A DNA stretch of 64,000 bases from Picochlorum sp. SENEW3 (GCA_034226945.1 CP120456.1:1054001-1118000); one strand, 5' to 3'; positions 12,140-24,283 are shown, numbered from the stretch's first letter. Numbers and translations are program-made. The notes: a model not told the origin generated them from the sequence alone.

Positions 12140-13393
12140 AGGTTCTGGCAGGCAGGACACAGCATCAGTTCTCTCAACAGACCACTCTTGGCCTCCATCC
12201 CCTGACACGGCCTCGCCCTGGCCTTCAACAACCTCCTCACCACAGCAATAGCGTCGATAGAACTTGTCAAGCATCGACTGCAGGAGGAGGAGCCTTGCTG
12301 TGGTCTGCTGCTGCCTGCAGTTGTGCTGGGCCAACTTGGTCAGGACATGCTCAACATCTGCATACGGAATGAAACAGAATTCCTGGTTCGGCTTATTCCT
12401 CATGATAATTTTTTTTGATGTAAGTTCATCGACGGCCACATCTGTGAGTTTCGATACCAGTACTGCCTTTGGCAACACAAACTTGTTTGTCTTCTGTGTA
12501 TGGTTCCCAAAATTCTTCACAGCAGGGTCACCAAACGCTTTCCTCAGACACCTTTGCAGATCGTATTGCAGTACACAGAATCCATTCGAGATTCGACGTC
12601 CATATTTGTCCATCACTGCGTGTTCGCCCACCTTGATGTTGAAGAGATGGATGGTTTGGTCCACTGTGGCCCTGTCCCCATCACGTTGCTGCAACATGAA
12701 CTCTAACCCTTTCGTGCTGACAGCATGAGCTTGCTCTGCCCCCACTACTGACGTCCCGTAGAAACTGCATATCTCAATGTGGTCGTGCAAACCCCCCGAT
12801 GCTTCGTCCATGGCTGGCTCATCCACTCCAACTGCAGGGGTGTGGTCAACCGCTTCTGCCTCCTCTGCAACAAAGGATCCAAGCCCAAGGATGCACTGTT
12901 GCAGGTACCGGGTCTTCTCTTGCCATGCATCGATTGCATGTTGCGATGTGATGACCAAGGGCGAAGCCAGCTCGACCACCTTTTGGGCATGGGCCCTGTT
13001 CCTGGACAACTCACCCTCTAGCTGTGCTACTTGAGCCTGCAGGGAGGCACACCTTGACCTCTCTTCTTCGTGCATTCCCTCCATCTTTCTGCTCTTCTCA
13101 TACCACACCTTGACGTCACTATACAGGGCAGTGATGAGCTCCAGAAACCCTTCAGGAAGGCTATTTTTGGCCAAAATTTGGCCATTTTCCAGTCTTGGGT
13201 ACTTCCTGGGAGGCTCCTCTTCCCGAGATTTGAAAACTTTTCTCGGCGGTGCCGCCTTGTTTGGGCAATATGTATCAATATTCACTATATCTACATCGAT
13301 TTCTTGGGTATGATTCGAATACGCGCGATCGGTGCCGCCGATCTCACGCGCAGGCACATCGTCCGCACTCGCATTCGGGGCAAAAGTTGGCAT
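12125..13393 (-). CDS. KDZ partner gene, copy 2 (intact, 422 aa), convergent with the transposase and overlapping its 3' end by 15 bp
   Basis: Homologous to 959..2257 and in the same position relative to a KDZ transposase. Confidence 0.8.
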   Translation of the reverse strand: MPTFAPNASADDVPAREIGGTDRAYSNHTQEIDVDIVNIDTYCPNKAAPPRKVFKSREEEPPRKYPRLENGQILAKNSLPEGFLELITALYSDVKVWYEKSRKMEGMHEEERSRCASLQAQVAQLEGELSRNRAHAQKVVELASPLVITSQHAIDAWQEKTRYLQQCILGLGSFVAEEAEAVDHTPAVGVDEPAMDEASGGLHDHIEICSFYGTSVVGAEQAHAVSTKGLEFMLQQRDGDRATVDQTIHLFNIKVGEHAVMDKYGRRISNGFCVLQYDLQRCLRKAFGDPAVKNFGNHTQKTNKFVLPKAVLVSKLTDVAVDELTSKKIIMRNKPNQEFCFIPYADVEHVLTKLAQHNCRQQQTTARLLLLQSMLDKFYRRYCCGEEVVEGQGEAVSGDGGQEWSVERTDAVSCLPEPSHGT

Positions 13394-13923
13394 GAAATCC
13401 CTTGTTTTTCGCCTCTTTGTGGCTCAAAATCCCTCCAACTTTGATATTTTATATATTAGAAGCGGCAGTATTGCGCGAATTGCACACAAAAGCGCAATAT
13501 GCTCGAGAAACAAGGACAATCGCACGTGCGTTTGAACACTATTCAAACTCTCCTGGCATTGTCAGCCAAACGATTTAAAATGTATTCAAACATACACTGT
13601 TGCAATATCATGTACAACAAGTATATACACACTACATACAGTAGAAATTTTAATTTTGCCAGATAATAATTTTGTCGCTGAGAAATCCTTCCAAATTGAG
13701 CATTTCCGTCGCTGTTAAATTTTGTCGCCAAGGTATCCAGAGGCCCACTGGTGCGTCGAAATTTTGACAGAGAGACGTCTCTACAGCAAGAATATTGCAG
13801 TTCTTGGTCTCAGGAACTGTTTGATGCTGCAAGAAGGCCTTTTCCACTGATTCAAACTTGAATTGGGCCTCGCTTTGGTGTGAGCTGTTGAACTTTAATT
13901 TTGACGCTGGCAGATTTCGATTA

Positions 13924-14209
13924 CAGGCAAATTATTTTTTTTCGCGATGTATCTGAGCTTTTCGCGAAGTAAACGCTACCTATCACCCCTTCTGAGAGAC
14001 CAATCGCGAAGAATAGCTGAAAGTAGTCCCCTTTTTCACTGAGTGCTTCACATGATATTCCTATCGAAGGCTCATTTTGACCGAGGGTACAAGCAAAGTT
14101 ACCACTTTGAGACGAGCCTCTCGCGAACAATACATATCAGTTCTCATTGAAAATTTCTTCTCAATCAGCTCGCGAAATCGACATCTCGCGAAAAAAAATA
14201 ATTTGCCTG
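13924..14209. mobile_element. Tc1/mariner-type MITE
   Basis: TIR CAGGCAAATTATTTTTTTT(T)CGCGA at both ends, each flanked by TA; several internal TCGCGA motifs. Confidence 0.7.
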
Positions 14210-14609
14210 TATTTCTGAGCAGTCGAAAGGATATTAAATATTGGCGGTTGGCCTCAATTTTCCGCCATTAAAAAAATTTTTACTGTACTATCCCTCCCTT
14301 TTTTCTATGTTTTTATTACATCAGGGGCCTCCTCTTCTACGTGGATGATGACTATACCCTTAAATGAACGAGACCCATCAATCGACCGGATGAGTGGGAA
14401 CTGGCGTGAGAGAGGTCCATTGCGCTCTCTGGGATGTCTTGCAAAGTGGATGAAGCATCCTTTATATCGAAATACATTTACATTTTATAAGCATGTAATA
14501 GCATAAAATGCGTGATGTAAGCGAGAAGAACGATATCGTACTGGAAAAAAATAGCGCTATTGGTGTCCTCATTTCTAGCACCTTTTCTTTGGTGGAAATA
14601 TGTGGGTGA

Positions 14610-15850
14610 TGTACCTGCACCTGCTCCGGCCTTGGGCGCGCCATGCTGTATCGAATGAGTTTGTGGTACTTTGAGATGTTCCACTGTGTCAGAAACAGGC
14701 GGACCAGGGCGATGAATGGCCGCTGGCCCATCCTGGACAGGACTGGCTTGAACCTCTTCATGGCAGCATTGATTGCTCGCACGCCTCCGTGTTCTGCGTC
14801 ATGCTGGCAATGTCCTTCATCTCACTGTATAATTTAATGGAAAAACTCCTGGCACAGGCGACGTGATTCACCCAATGGAAGGCATCCACAACGAACAGAG
14901 TAAATTTGAAAAAGTCTGGTGCCCTGTTGAGGCAGTAATCCATCAATGCGCACGCGAAATCGTACACCACGACCCTCGGAGCTTTCTTGAGATAGCAGGT
15001 AAGAAATGTGAAAGGTTCATCGCGGCCCTCGGCATCTTTAATGATGAATGAAGCATATGCAACGCCGTGCTGGCACATGCAGGTGAACACTCCACCTGTA
15101 CTCTTACCTGGCTTGTGGAACGCATGCTTACAGGACGCTTTGTCATTCTCACTCACTTTTGAGTCTTCTTTCTGTCCATCGCATGCGTATGGGGGACGGA
15201 AACGCAGTCGAGGGAGGCCGCAACAGACGCCATTCCTGAGGAAATCCCCATTCACTGCAGAGGCATCACATGGGTGTGGGATGTCATCTCCCAGCTCGCG
15301 CTCGCCACAGTTGATCTCGGAAATCCATCTTCTTCTTTTTATAATCTCACGTAGAAAAGAAACCCACCCAGTGGGGATCACAGCTCCCTCTTGGCCCGGC
15401 GCTTGCACAATCCTTGGCAAATTGAGGATGGGGCCCACTTTGTCCATGACTGCCTGTCCCACCACCCTCCCCGCCTCCAGGCAGCCATCAAGGTCTATAG
15501 AAGACTCGTAGGAGAGGTATGACGTGGTTGGGCTATCGCTCCGCAACTCCCGCAGCATGGCTTTGACTGCTTTCCTATCCACCACAGACAGCCGCCCCTC
15601 TCTGCACAATTCTTGCACCCACGCCACAAAGTCGCCGCAATTCCACGTATCGGCGAGACTACGTAGTCTATGGATGCCCAAAAATCCCTGCGGAGTGTCC
15701 TTCGACTCGATCCAAGACTCAAACTCCTGCACAAGCTTGATGACTTCTCGCCTCTGCCCTGCACGTCTCTCTGGTACCTCATTCGTCCCATTGCTGACAT
15801 TGAAAAAGCACCGCTCGACCATCAAATGCAGTCTTTTCTTGTTAATGGTA
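14610..15850 (-). pseudogene. Partial tandem duplicate of the 3' half of KDZ transposase 3
   Basis: Near-identical DNA to ~16613-17860; GGVFTCMCQHG, YDFAC, DAFHWVNHVAC; frameshift near 14775. Confidence 0.85.
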
Positions 15851-16594
15851 CCTTTGCGCACAAAATCGCACCATGCATATACCCTGTATCCTGGGGACTC
15901 GCCATATGCCCTACACCGGAGTTTACCCGAGCTTGCTGCAGACTGGGAATTCAAATGCCAGTTCGAAAAGTCGGGTCGCCACCCAGGCCTCTATCATGCT
16001 AGCAGGGTGCATCCAATAGATTCAAATATATCAATAACCATTAATTGCCACGCAGATTACGTCGCGAGCTCCGGATCGGCCGTGCTCCGCGCAACGACCT
16101 GCTCGAAATTTGAATTTCTTGCCTTGCGCGATCGCGCGCAGGGGATCTCAACAGTCGCGGATATCCCCTAAAATCATCAATTAAATGTGTAAAAAGATAC
16201 CATCGGATGCTTGAGCACATGATGCTGTGCGGTTCGTCGCCGTCCGAACCGTGTCATGTCTCCACAAGAAGGCGAGCCAAGGCGGTCTACACTCGGTCGA
16301 ACGCTCCACTGGCCCACAATCCTGTATATTGAAGTATTGAAGATGCCAATGTGGACGCGAGAGCGGCTCGGGGCGGAGGTCGACAAGGCTGGGTGCCGTT
16401 CCTGCGGTCAAAAAAGCAGGCTTTTAGAGGGTCATGGCGGCATCGAGCCGATCTTCAACCCCGCATTCTGCAACGATTTGGCATCGTTACAACTCAAATA
16501 GTGAATCGGGACGTATTTGACGCATCGAAACGCGCCATGGTACGCTGTAGACGGCGGAAAACCCTGCTGAAACAGCAGGCCACTCGGCAGTCCC

Positions 16595-19500
16595 TCACTG
16601 CTGATCTGGCGCATGTACCTGCACCTGCTCCGGCCTTGGGCGCGCCATGCTGTATCGAATGAGTTTATGGTACTTTGAGATGTTCCATTGTGTCAGAAAC
16701 AGGCGTAACAGGGCGATGAATGGCCGCTGGCCCATCCTGGAAAGAACCGGCTTGAACCTCTTCATGGCAGCATTGATTTGTTCGCACGCCTCTGTGTTCT
16801 GCGTCATGCTGGCAATGTCCTTCATCTCACTGTATAATTTAATGGAAAAACTCCTGGCACAGGCGACGTGATTCACCCAATGGAAGGCATCCACAACGAA
16901 CAGAGTAAATTTGAAAAAGTCTGGTGCCCTGTTGAGGCAGTAATCCATCAATGCGCACGCGAAATCGTACACCACGACCCTCGGAAGCTTTCTTGAGATA
17001 GCAGGTGAGAAATGTGAAAGGTTCATCGCGGCCCTCGGCATTTTTGATGATGAATGAAGCATATGCAACGCCGTGCTGGCACATGCACGTAAACACTCCA
17101 CCTGTCCTCTTCCCTGGCTTGTGAAACGCATGCTTACAGGATGCTTTGTCCTTCTCACTCACTTTTGAGTCTTCTTTTTGTCCATCGCATGCGTATGGGG
17201 GACGGAAACGCAGCCGAGGGAGGCCGCAACAGACGCCATTCCTGAGGAAATCCCCATTCACTGCAGAGGCCTCACATGGGTGAGGAATGTCATCTCCCAG
17301 CTCGCGCTCGCCACAGTTGATCTCGGAAATCCATCTGCTTCTTTCTATGATCTCACGTAGAAAAGAAACCCACCCAATGGGGATCACAGCTCCCTCTTGG
17401 CCCGGCGCTTGCACAATCCTTAGCAAATTCTTGACGATGGGGCCCACTTTGTCCATGACGGCCTGTCCCACCACCCTCCCCGCCTCCAGGCAGCCATCAA
17501 GGTCTATAGAAGACTCGTAGGAGAGGTATGACGTGGTTGGACTATCGCTCCGCAACTCCCGCAGCATGGCTTTGACTGCTTTCCTATCCACCACAGACAG
17601 CCGCCCCTCTCTGCACGATTCGTGCACCCACGCCACAAAGTCGCCCAAATTCCACGTATCAGCGAGACTACGAACTCTATGGATGCCCACAAATCCCTGT
17701 GGAGTGTCCTTCGACTCGATCCAAGACTCAAAGTCCTGCACAAGCTTGATGACTTCTCGCCTCTGCCCTGCACGTCTCTCTGGGACCTCATTCGTCCCAT
17801 TGCTGACATTGAAAAAGCACCGCTCGACCATCAAATGCGGTCTTTTCTTAGTAATAGTACCTCTGCGCGCCGTAAAGGACTCGGCGCTGCAAAGAGAGGC
17901 GCTGATGGACATGGAGGTGCCATCCATGATGATCACATCTGGGCTGTCCTGGCAAATGGGACACATCATGGCATTTGGTGGCATTGCAGCCCCACATCCT
18001 TCTCGCAAGCTCCTCTCAATGCCCTTTATATCAAATTGAAGACAGCTAGCAACTCCATATACTGCTTTTCGGAACGCATTGGCCACTAGGAAACTCTCAG
18101 TGGGATTGGTGCGAGAAACCATGTCATACATTTCACTGATGCTGTCGCGCTGTGCAGTGAGCGAATGTCCTCTAAATCCGACAAAATCCCTTGCACATCG
18201 TACTAAAAGATCCAGTTCTACCGCCACTGTCTTGGAGGCACGCCACAGGCCGTCCTCCAAGCCTGTATAGTGCAGGGTGCATTCTGGTGCACCCCTTTGG
18301 CACTTCAACACCATGCAGGGAAGCGTCCTGGCGCAGTGCGGCGGTCTCATATACACCGTCACAGGATCTGTCTCTTCAAATCCTCTCCTTGTATAAGGAA
18401 GGCCGCATTCGCACGTGATCGAGGCGGGCATGGGTGGCTGAAGAGGCCCAAGTGGGGTGCCTTCCTTGTCTCTTGAAAAGCCAAACAGCAGCCGCTCCAT
18501 CACCTCCCGCTTCAGCGCATCGCTATAAGGATACTCTATCTTTAATGATTTTGATGTATCCGTTATCCATGCGTTCGTGGGCAGCACGTCTGCCTCGTCA
18601 GAGGAAGAAGAGCAAGGATCAAGTGAACCCTCACTCTCTTCCTCTCCAGGCTTCACATCCAGGTGCAATGCCTCCCTCACCCGAGCGACATGCCGGCAAT
18701 AATAAGCTTTATCTGAGTCGCATCGCAGACCCCTATCGCCTTGCATCCTGATGAAGCAGCCGTCCACGTAGTAGCCAGCTGTGGAGGAGTTATTTTTCTT
18801 GACCGCCACCACCTCGCCTTCCTTTGAAAACACCATACTGCGCAAACGTTCCGAGTTCACACGGGTATACAACGTGTGAAAACATTCTTTGGGCTCCAGA
18901 AAATTGCGAAATACGGCACAAGAGCACCGCAAATGGCCCATGGGATCAAGCCCAGATTCCACCTCAACCAGCAGCAAGTTGTGGTGGACCCTCATACTGC
19001 CTCCAGGCCCATGGCATCAAGCATCCGCGAACGCCCACTTATAATACATGTCTGACTTGATGAAAGCAGCTACTCCGGTGCCGTTGGGATCCTTGATCGC
19101 GTGACAATACCACGGCAGCGAACCAGGTTCATGCACAAACTCCATGGCCTCCCATTCATCCCCTGGAGGCTGGCAATCCCTTGTCTTGGGCGTCTTCTTT
19201 CTCCTGTTCGGACCAGACGACCAATTTGATGCTCGCTTAAGTCTGCAACTGCTGTCAACATGCAAAGAGGGCGGCAGAAACGAGAAGTTGGGCTTGATTT
19301 TTGGCATGCACCCATCATTGGACAAGGATTGGTAGTACTGTATCACCTTCTCCAGCATATTTTGCATCTTCGTATCTTTCTGTGGATGACACAGCGTTAA
19401 ATATTTATTGTTAGCGTGAACTAGAGCGACCACAGGCAAGGCGTGCGACTCTGCAAGCCTCTTCTGCAGCAGGTAGAAAGCAGCCTTCTTGTTGTGATAT

Positions 19501-19736
19501 CCTTTGCTATTTCCCCTCTCGTCCTGGCTCCCTCGTCTATATATATTCTTCACTTTAAGACAGTCAGCCCAGTGGGGTCTAGATCCCAGGATTTCAGCGA
19601 CGTAGGATCTCAGACCTTGCTTCAAAAGCCTCAAGGGTATGAGCCTAAAGGCAAGCCCCAAGCTCCTGCTGGAAACCATGTACATCTTGCCATTGGTCCC
19701 CAGCCACACCACCACGCCGTACAAGAAGAATGACAT
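16595..19736 (-). pseudogene. KDZ transposase 3 (divergent subfamily), with an in-frame TGA at 19017 and a +1 frameshift near 16985
   Basis: 19017..19736 is in frame with 16839..18995; its N-terminus aligns with the 8984 ORF (VVWLG/VAWLG, GYHNK/GWHNK, PGSLPWY/PGSLEWY); MMCPICQDSPDVIIMDGTS. Confidence 0.85.
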
Positions 19737-19739
19737 GAT

Positions 19740-21070
19740 TTACAGAACTCCCCTTACGGACTGACAGTCAAATTTTACCTCCAGGAACTCTTTGTTGATT
19801 TCGATTCGTGGACGATCAATTAGCTTCGAGTATTGAATCAGAAGTTGAGCAAATGCACGTAGAACCTTCGGATATTCTAGAAAGTCGCTTGCAAATTTCT
19901 GTGCCATCGATACTATTTGCTTTACCTGCTGCTCATGTTCCTTGGCCCAGATGACCCTATCTGGTAGATCAAGGAACGATGAGGATAATGGTACATAATG
20001 GACGTATGGCCGAAGACCTCTGTAGTATCCTTCAAACCAGGGTGTCTCTTGTAACATAATGAGAGAATTTCCAAACAACTGAAGAGCTAGTCTGCTGCTA
20101 GGTGCGGAATTTCCGTCTGCAACAATGACATACTTGTAATCTAAGAATCTCTTTGGAGAAGTATCATTACTGATTCCCATCTCTGTCAGTATCTCATTCT
20201 TTGCTTCTTGTGTAGCTTGAGCAATAGTTGTCAATCTTGCATCACATAAATCAGGATGCTTTGCGCATATCTGTACAAGTTTAACTCGCGAAGCATTCCT
20301 CCAAGATTCAAAAAATTCTCCATCAAACATCACTGGATCCTTCGAGAAAGCAGTTCCTGAACACATTGCATAGATTGTCAAAGCAAATAACAGGATATCC
20401 ATCAGTTGAACATACCAGTTGTGGCACCACGAAAAAAGGCCATTTTCTTCTTTTGTCTCCATTCAGGTACTCCTGTTGAATAAAATGTATCAGTGGAATT
20501 TTCTGAAAAGTGTTGCCAATACGGATAGAGTATGCATGATTGTCCCAATTTCTTGCTCCAACAAAACAATGGAATCTTAGTAGCAGCCATGGGGGGACGA
20601 ATTATGTCCTCAACTGTCAAGGCGAGTTCTGTATCCGGCATGGTGCCATTGCATGCAAGTGGTAAGAATAATCGGAAAACATGATGTGCCCGGCCCTCCT
20701 CGATTGATTGCATAATCTGGCGTTGTAGGTAGGAATCATTTGCTCGCCTGACAAATATACGGTTTTCCTTCAGTACGATATGAATGGCATGTTGCACTTT
20801 CAAGGCAGCATCAATTTGCTCTGTTGTGATTTTGGTGTAGTCACTCAGGTCCTCGAGGGCTTGCTGATGCCACGGGTTGGTGCATGAATCTTGACAGTTT
20901 CCAATATCCTCATGTTTTCGTGGCAAATAGCCATCCAAAAAGTTAATGAATACAAAGCCGCCCAATAGAAGGGCAAAAAATCCCCTGCATTTTTTGCCGC
21001 CAGGACAAACCAAGAAAGGTCGCCCAGAAGCACAATTCGTGTGGCGGGCCTGAAAACTATCCTTCAGCAT
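19740..21070 (-). CDS. Glycosyltransferase family 90 (CAP10/POGLUT-like), type II membrane protein, one intron at 20357..20415
   Basis: N-terminal hydrophobic helix; AFFRGATTG, YKYVIVADGN, SSRL, YYRGLRPYVHYVP; removing the 59-nt GT..AG intron joins the two ORFs in frame (GATT-G-TAFSKD). Confidence 0.85.
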
Positions 21071-21130
21071 CCAATGGCTCGTTCGGAAATTGCAAAATGA
21101 GTGCGAGCTGTAAATTTAGATGTTATGCCG

Positions 21131-21181
21131 CACTTGCGTAAAATGTGGTGACCTCCTTAAATCCCAAACTTTCCTGAGGGG
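21131..21181 (+). repeat. Orphan terminus of a related CACTA element
   Basis: CACTT...GGTGACCTCCTTAAATCCCAAACTTTCCTGAGGGG matches 2478-2528. Confidence 0.6.
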
Positions 21182-21699
21182 CTCCTCCCTGTATTAGTGG
21201 GTTGATAACAGGTGGAGTCGTATCTTGAGTTGAATCAATAGCGTATATTTACGGTAGTCCGAAAAAAGATACCTCTGGTTTTTATTGGTGGTGCCGGTGG
21301 TCCAAAATGAAATAACCCAAATCACAAAATTCCTTTATTTGCATCAAATCGTAGGTTTCTTAACGAGGTAGACCCAGTAGAAGTCATACGATGGGATCTT
21401 ATATCGATTTCAGTGATTTCAAGTCGATATGGGGCGGTCATTGGGTGTGAGATGCCATATGGGCCCACCAACCCCCCACCAGTCAAGTGCTTCAATCAGA
21501 AATGGGGTCAACTATCATATCATAAGCGGCCTCTTCATCGAAGAATTCATCTGGACACAGTCCGAGGTACCATATTCTGAAAACTGTTGAGTGGGTGCCT
21601 CAATCTCTTCAACGCTTTCCTCCATAGCTTCAGGATCCAGGTCTACCTTTCTCTTTGGTCTGTTTCTTCTTCCTTCCAGCCTTGGGAATGAATCGTAAA

Positions 21700-22420
21700 T
21701 TCCCTATAATGCCCGATATACCACCACTCATACCTTTGGTGAAACAATGTTCCTGCGGCATATCGAGTTTTAGCATCAATTTGGGTGCCCATGCTAAGTA
21801 ATAGCCAGAACCATCATGAGGCTTGTCATTATCCTCCTATACATACTTGCCAGCCTTTGTCCATCCTTATTCAATTTGTATTTCTGGAATTACCTTGTAT
21901 GTATTTATGACCTCCTCGATCACAACAGCCTCCGATTGATAAGCAGCTGAATTTTCCCTTGAAGTATTGTCCAGCAGTGGGTTGGACTCATCTACATCCC
22001 TCCTCTTCTTTTCTAACGACATATTTATTGGATACGATTTCTCCTTGTGATCGCCTCTTTGCTTGTGCCACATGAACACGTGGAATGAAATGCTTTTTGA
22101 ACCACTGGACCATAATATCATTGGAGGACCACGTGCCTTTCTTTTGCATGAAACAGATCTCATTTCCCTCTTCCTCATCATATAATTCCTGCCAAGTCTT
22201 CGAATCTTCTATAACAGATTATCTTGCTTTTTATATATATTCTTGCGACGTGAATCAGATTCACTGCGCCTCATCTTCGCAGATGCCATTTGAAAATGCC
22301 ACCAGAATTTTGAAAATGCAGCACAGAGAAAATCACCTCCAGAACTATGTATGAGCGATCTAGATAGTGTATCTTGACTTTTAGACCATGTTCATCAATA
22401 AAAGAATGATCAATACAGGG
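21700..22420 (-). pseudogene. Possible highly decayed pogo/Tigger-like DDE_1 transposase remnant
   Basis: Fragments FIDEHGL, QKKGTWSSNDIMVQWFKKHFIP and PLLDNTS resemble DDE_1 motifs; many stops and frameshifts. Confidence 0.35.
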
Positions 22421-22903
22421 ATGTGCCGGTTTAATGATGCATCACCACATCTGGTGATGCCTGACTGAACCAGACAGGATGCAATTGTTGAAATCTCATG
22501 GAATGTCGATTTCTGGGGACGGATGGATAGATTGGAGCCTGTAGAAGCATGTGGCAGAGACTAGAGGGTCTAGTTCTCGCTGGGTAGGGAGATTTGGCGC
22601 GTTCAATGATCACAAAAATGAAATACCTCCACTTCATGAAGGTGTTCCCGGTGAATTTGGGTTATCTTTTTTCGGACTACTGTAATTTTATTTTTTTTTA
22701 TTTTCCAGTCTTACATGCCCGGTGGCGATGCATAGTGAAAGATGAGCACACTCCTCAAATTCGGATTGAGGGGCTCGATTCCTTGAAAGAGCCTTTACTC
22801 ATCCCCACCACCTCGTTTAGGCCAAGGTGTAAAAATTGATGGATTAATTGATTATCAATCAATCAACACATTAATTGATTGTTAAACATCATAACAACAT
22901 CAA

Positions 22904-24283
22904 ATGGGCCTAGACTCCGCAGGCCTCGAAGCCTGGAAGCTGTTTCAGCAATCTTGGGCTGAGACAGGGAAGAAATACGTTCATACCGAGATCCGTTTCA
23001 GTATGGAACTCCATTCAGGTGAACCAGATACTGCCTGGGTTAAACAGGCAGCTATGAACTACGAGAGAGCGGTGTACGCCGCCCTTTACGACGCGATGGT
23101 TTTTGAAAATGACAGCGACCAACCGAAGTCCCCGTATCTTGTGAATGGGACGTTCTACTTTATTCCATACAGAAAATCAAATATTCTAACCTTCACTCAC
23201 AAAATTCATGCAGATACCGCGTTTCTGCAAGAGCTTGAGGCGTACCTGGCGACCTTGCCAGACAACAAGCTCTCCATCACCTGGTCGCCATCTGGCACAG
23301 GTGAGGATACCATCACGCACCCTGTGGATATCATCTTCCCACGAACACCTATCGTGCGAAGTTTCGTCCTCCAAGGTGTGCCGGTACATGCCAACCCCAG
23401 CCAGCTCATCCAAATGCTTCGAGAGCATTTCAAGTTGAATGTGCACTCTGCAGTCCCCAAAGGGCGGACTCTGGAGGGATCCTCATATGTGAATCGGAAC
23501 ACAGCCTTGTCCCAATTCGACGAATGGATCATTGAAGTGGAGACGCCAAAACCTATGGCGAAACAAATCCTTGCAAAGAGAGAACAGACGGGCATGAGGG
23601 ATCTTACTCTCTTCCCATATAACCCAGAAGAAACCATGATGCGCAGCGAGCCAGTACAGATGCAGTACATATTTAAACCACCATCCTACCAAACAGTGCT
23701 TACTACAGGCAGATCGCCCCACAAAGGGGTGGCAGCTAATGAAAACGTGGCCCCAGCCAATGAGGGTGAAGTGCCCAACAAGGTGCACCCTCTCGGTGCT
23801 ACTCAGCAAAGCTCGGAGACCCGGGCGGGAGAAGAACAGCAACCTGGACAGGAGGAACAGCAGTCGGGAGCAGAGCAACAGCCTGGAGAGGAGCAGCAGT
23901 CTGGACAGGAGGAACAGCTGGAGGAGGAGGAGCAACAGTTGGGAGAGGAGCAGCATACGGAAGCAGAGCAACAACATGGAGAGGAACCACAACCTGGCCA
24001 GGAGGATCAGCTAGCGGAGCAGCAGCAACAGACGGGAGCAGAGCAGCAACGTGGAGAGCAGGAGCAGCAGCTAGGCCAGGAGGAACAACAATCTGGAGAG
24101 GAGCAGCAGCTTGGACAGGAGGAGCAACATGGAGAAGAGGAGCAGATTGACATCGGTCATGACACCAGGACCAAGCTGGCGAGAGGACGAAATAGGTCAC
24201 CAGGTACCTTCACCATAGGGACACAGGCATCTCCGACCAAAAAGCTGAGGGCCCGGAGATCCCGCACACCCAAACAAAATTAA
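22904..24283 (+). CDS. LINE ORF1 protein with a Q/E-rich repeat region
   Basis: 459 aa ORF ending 4 bp before the endonuclease/RT ORF. Confidence 0.75.
   Translation: MGLDSAGLEAWKLFQQSWAETGKKYVHTEIRFSMELHSGEPDTAWVKQAAMNYERAVYAALYDAMVFENDSDQPKSPYLVNGTFYFIPYRKSNILTFTHKIHADTAFLQELEAYLATLPDNKLSITWSPSGTGEDTITHPVDIIFPRTPIVRSFVLQGVPVHANPSQLIQMLREHFKLNVHSAVPKGRTLEGSSYVNRNTALSQFDEWIIEVETPKPMAKQILAKREQTGMRDLTLFPYNPEETMMRSEPVQMQYIFKPPSYQTVLTTGRSPHKGVAANENVAPANEGEVPNKVHPLGATQQSSETRAGEEQQPGQEEQQSGAEQQPGEEQQSGQEEQLEEEEQQLGEEQHTEAEQQHGEEPQPGQEDQLAEQQQQTGAEQQRGEQEQQLGQEEQQSGEEQQLGQEEQHGEEEQIDIGHDTRTKLARGRNRSPGTFTIGTQASPTKKLRARRSRTPKQN
23825..24145 (+). repeat. Degenerate ~21-nt coding tandem repeat (GQEEQQx)n
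   Basis: Repeated ggacaggaggaacagcag-type units. Confidence 0.8.

Noticed and set aside
2430..16170. KDZ terminal repeats (short AGGG(G)/CCC(C)T ends at ~2440, 2466, 14295, 14323, 16169)
   Set aside because: Too short, and no matching TSD was found; KDZ element boundaries are left undefined
20357..20415. Frameshift in GT90
   Set aside because: Explained by a canonical 59-nt intron
22720..22800. tRNA gene or tRNA-derived SINE (B-box-like GCTCGATTCC)
   Set aside because: No cloverleaf or convincing A-box could be built
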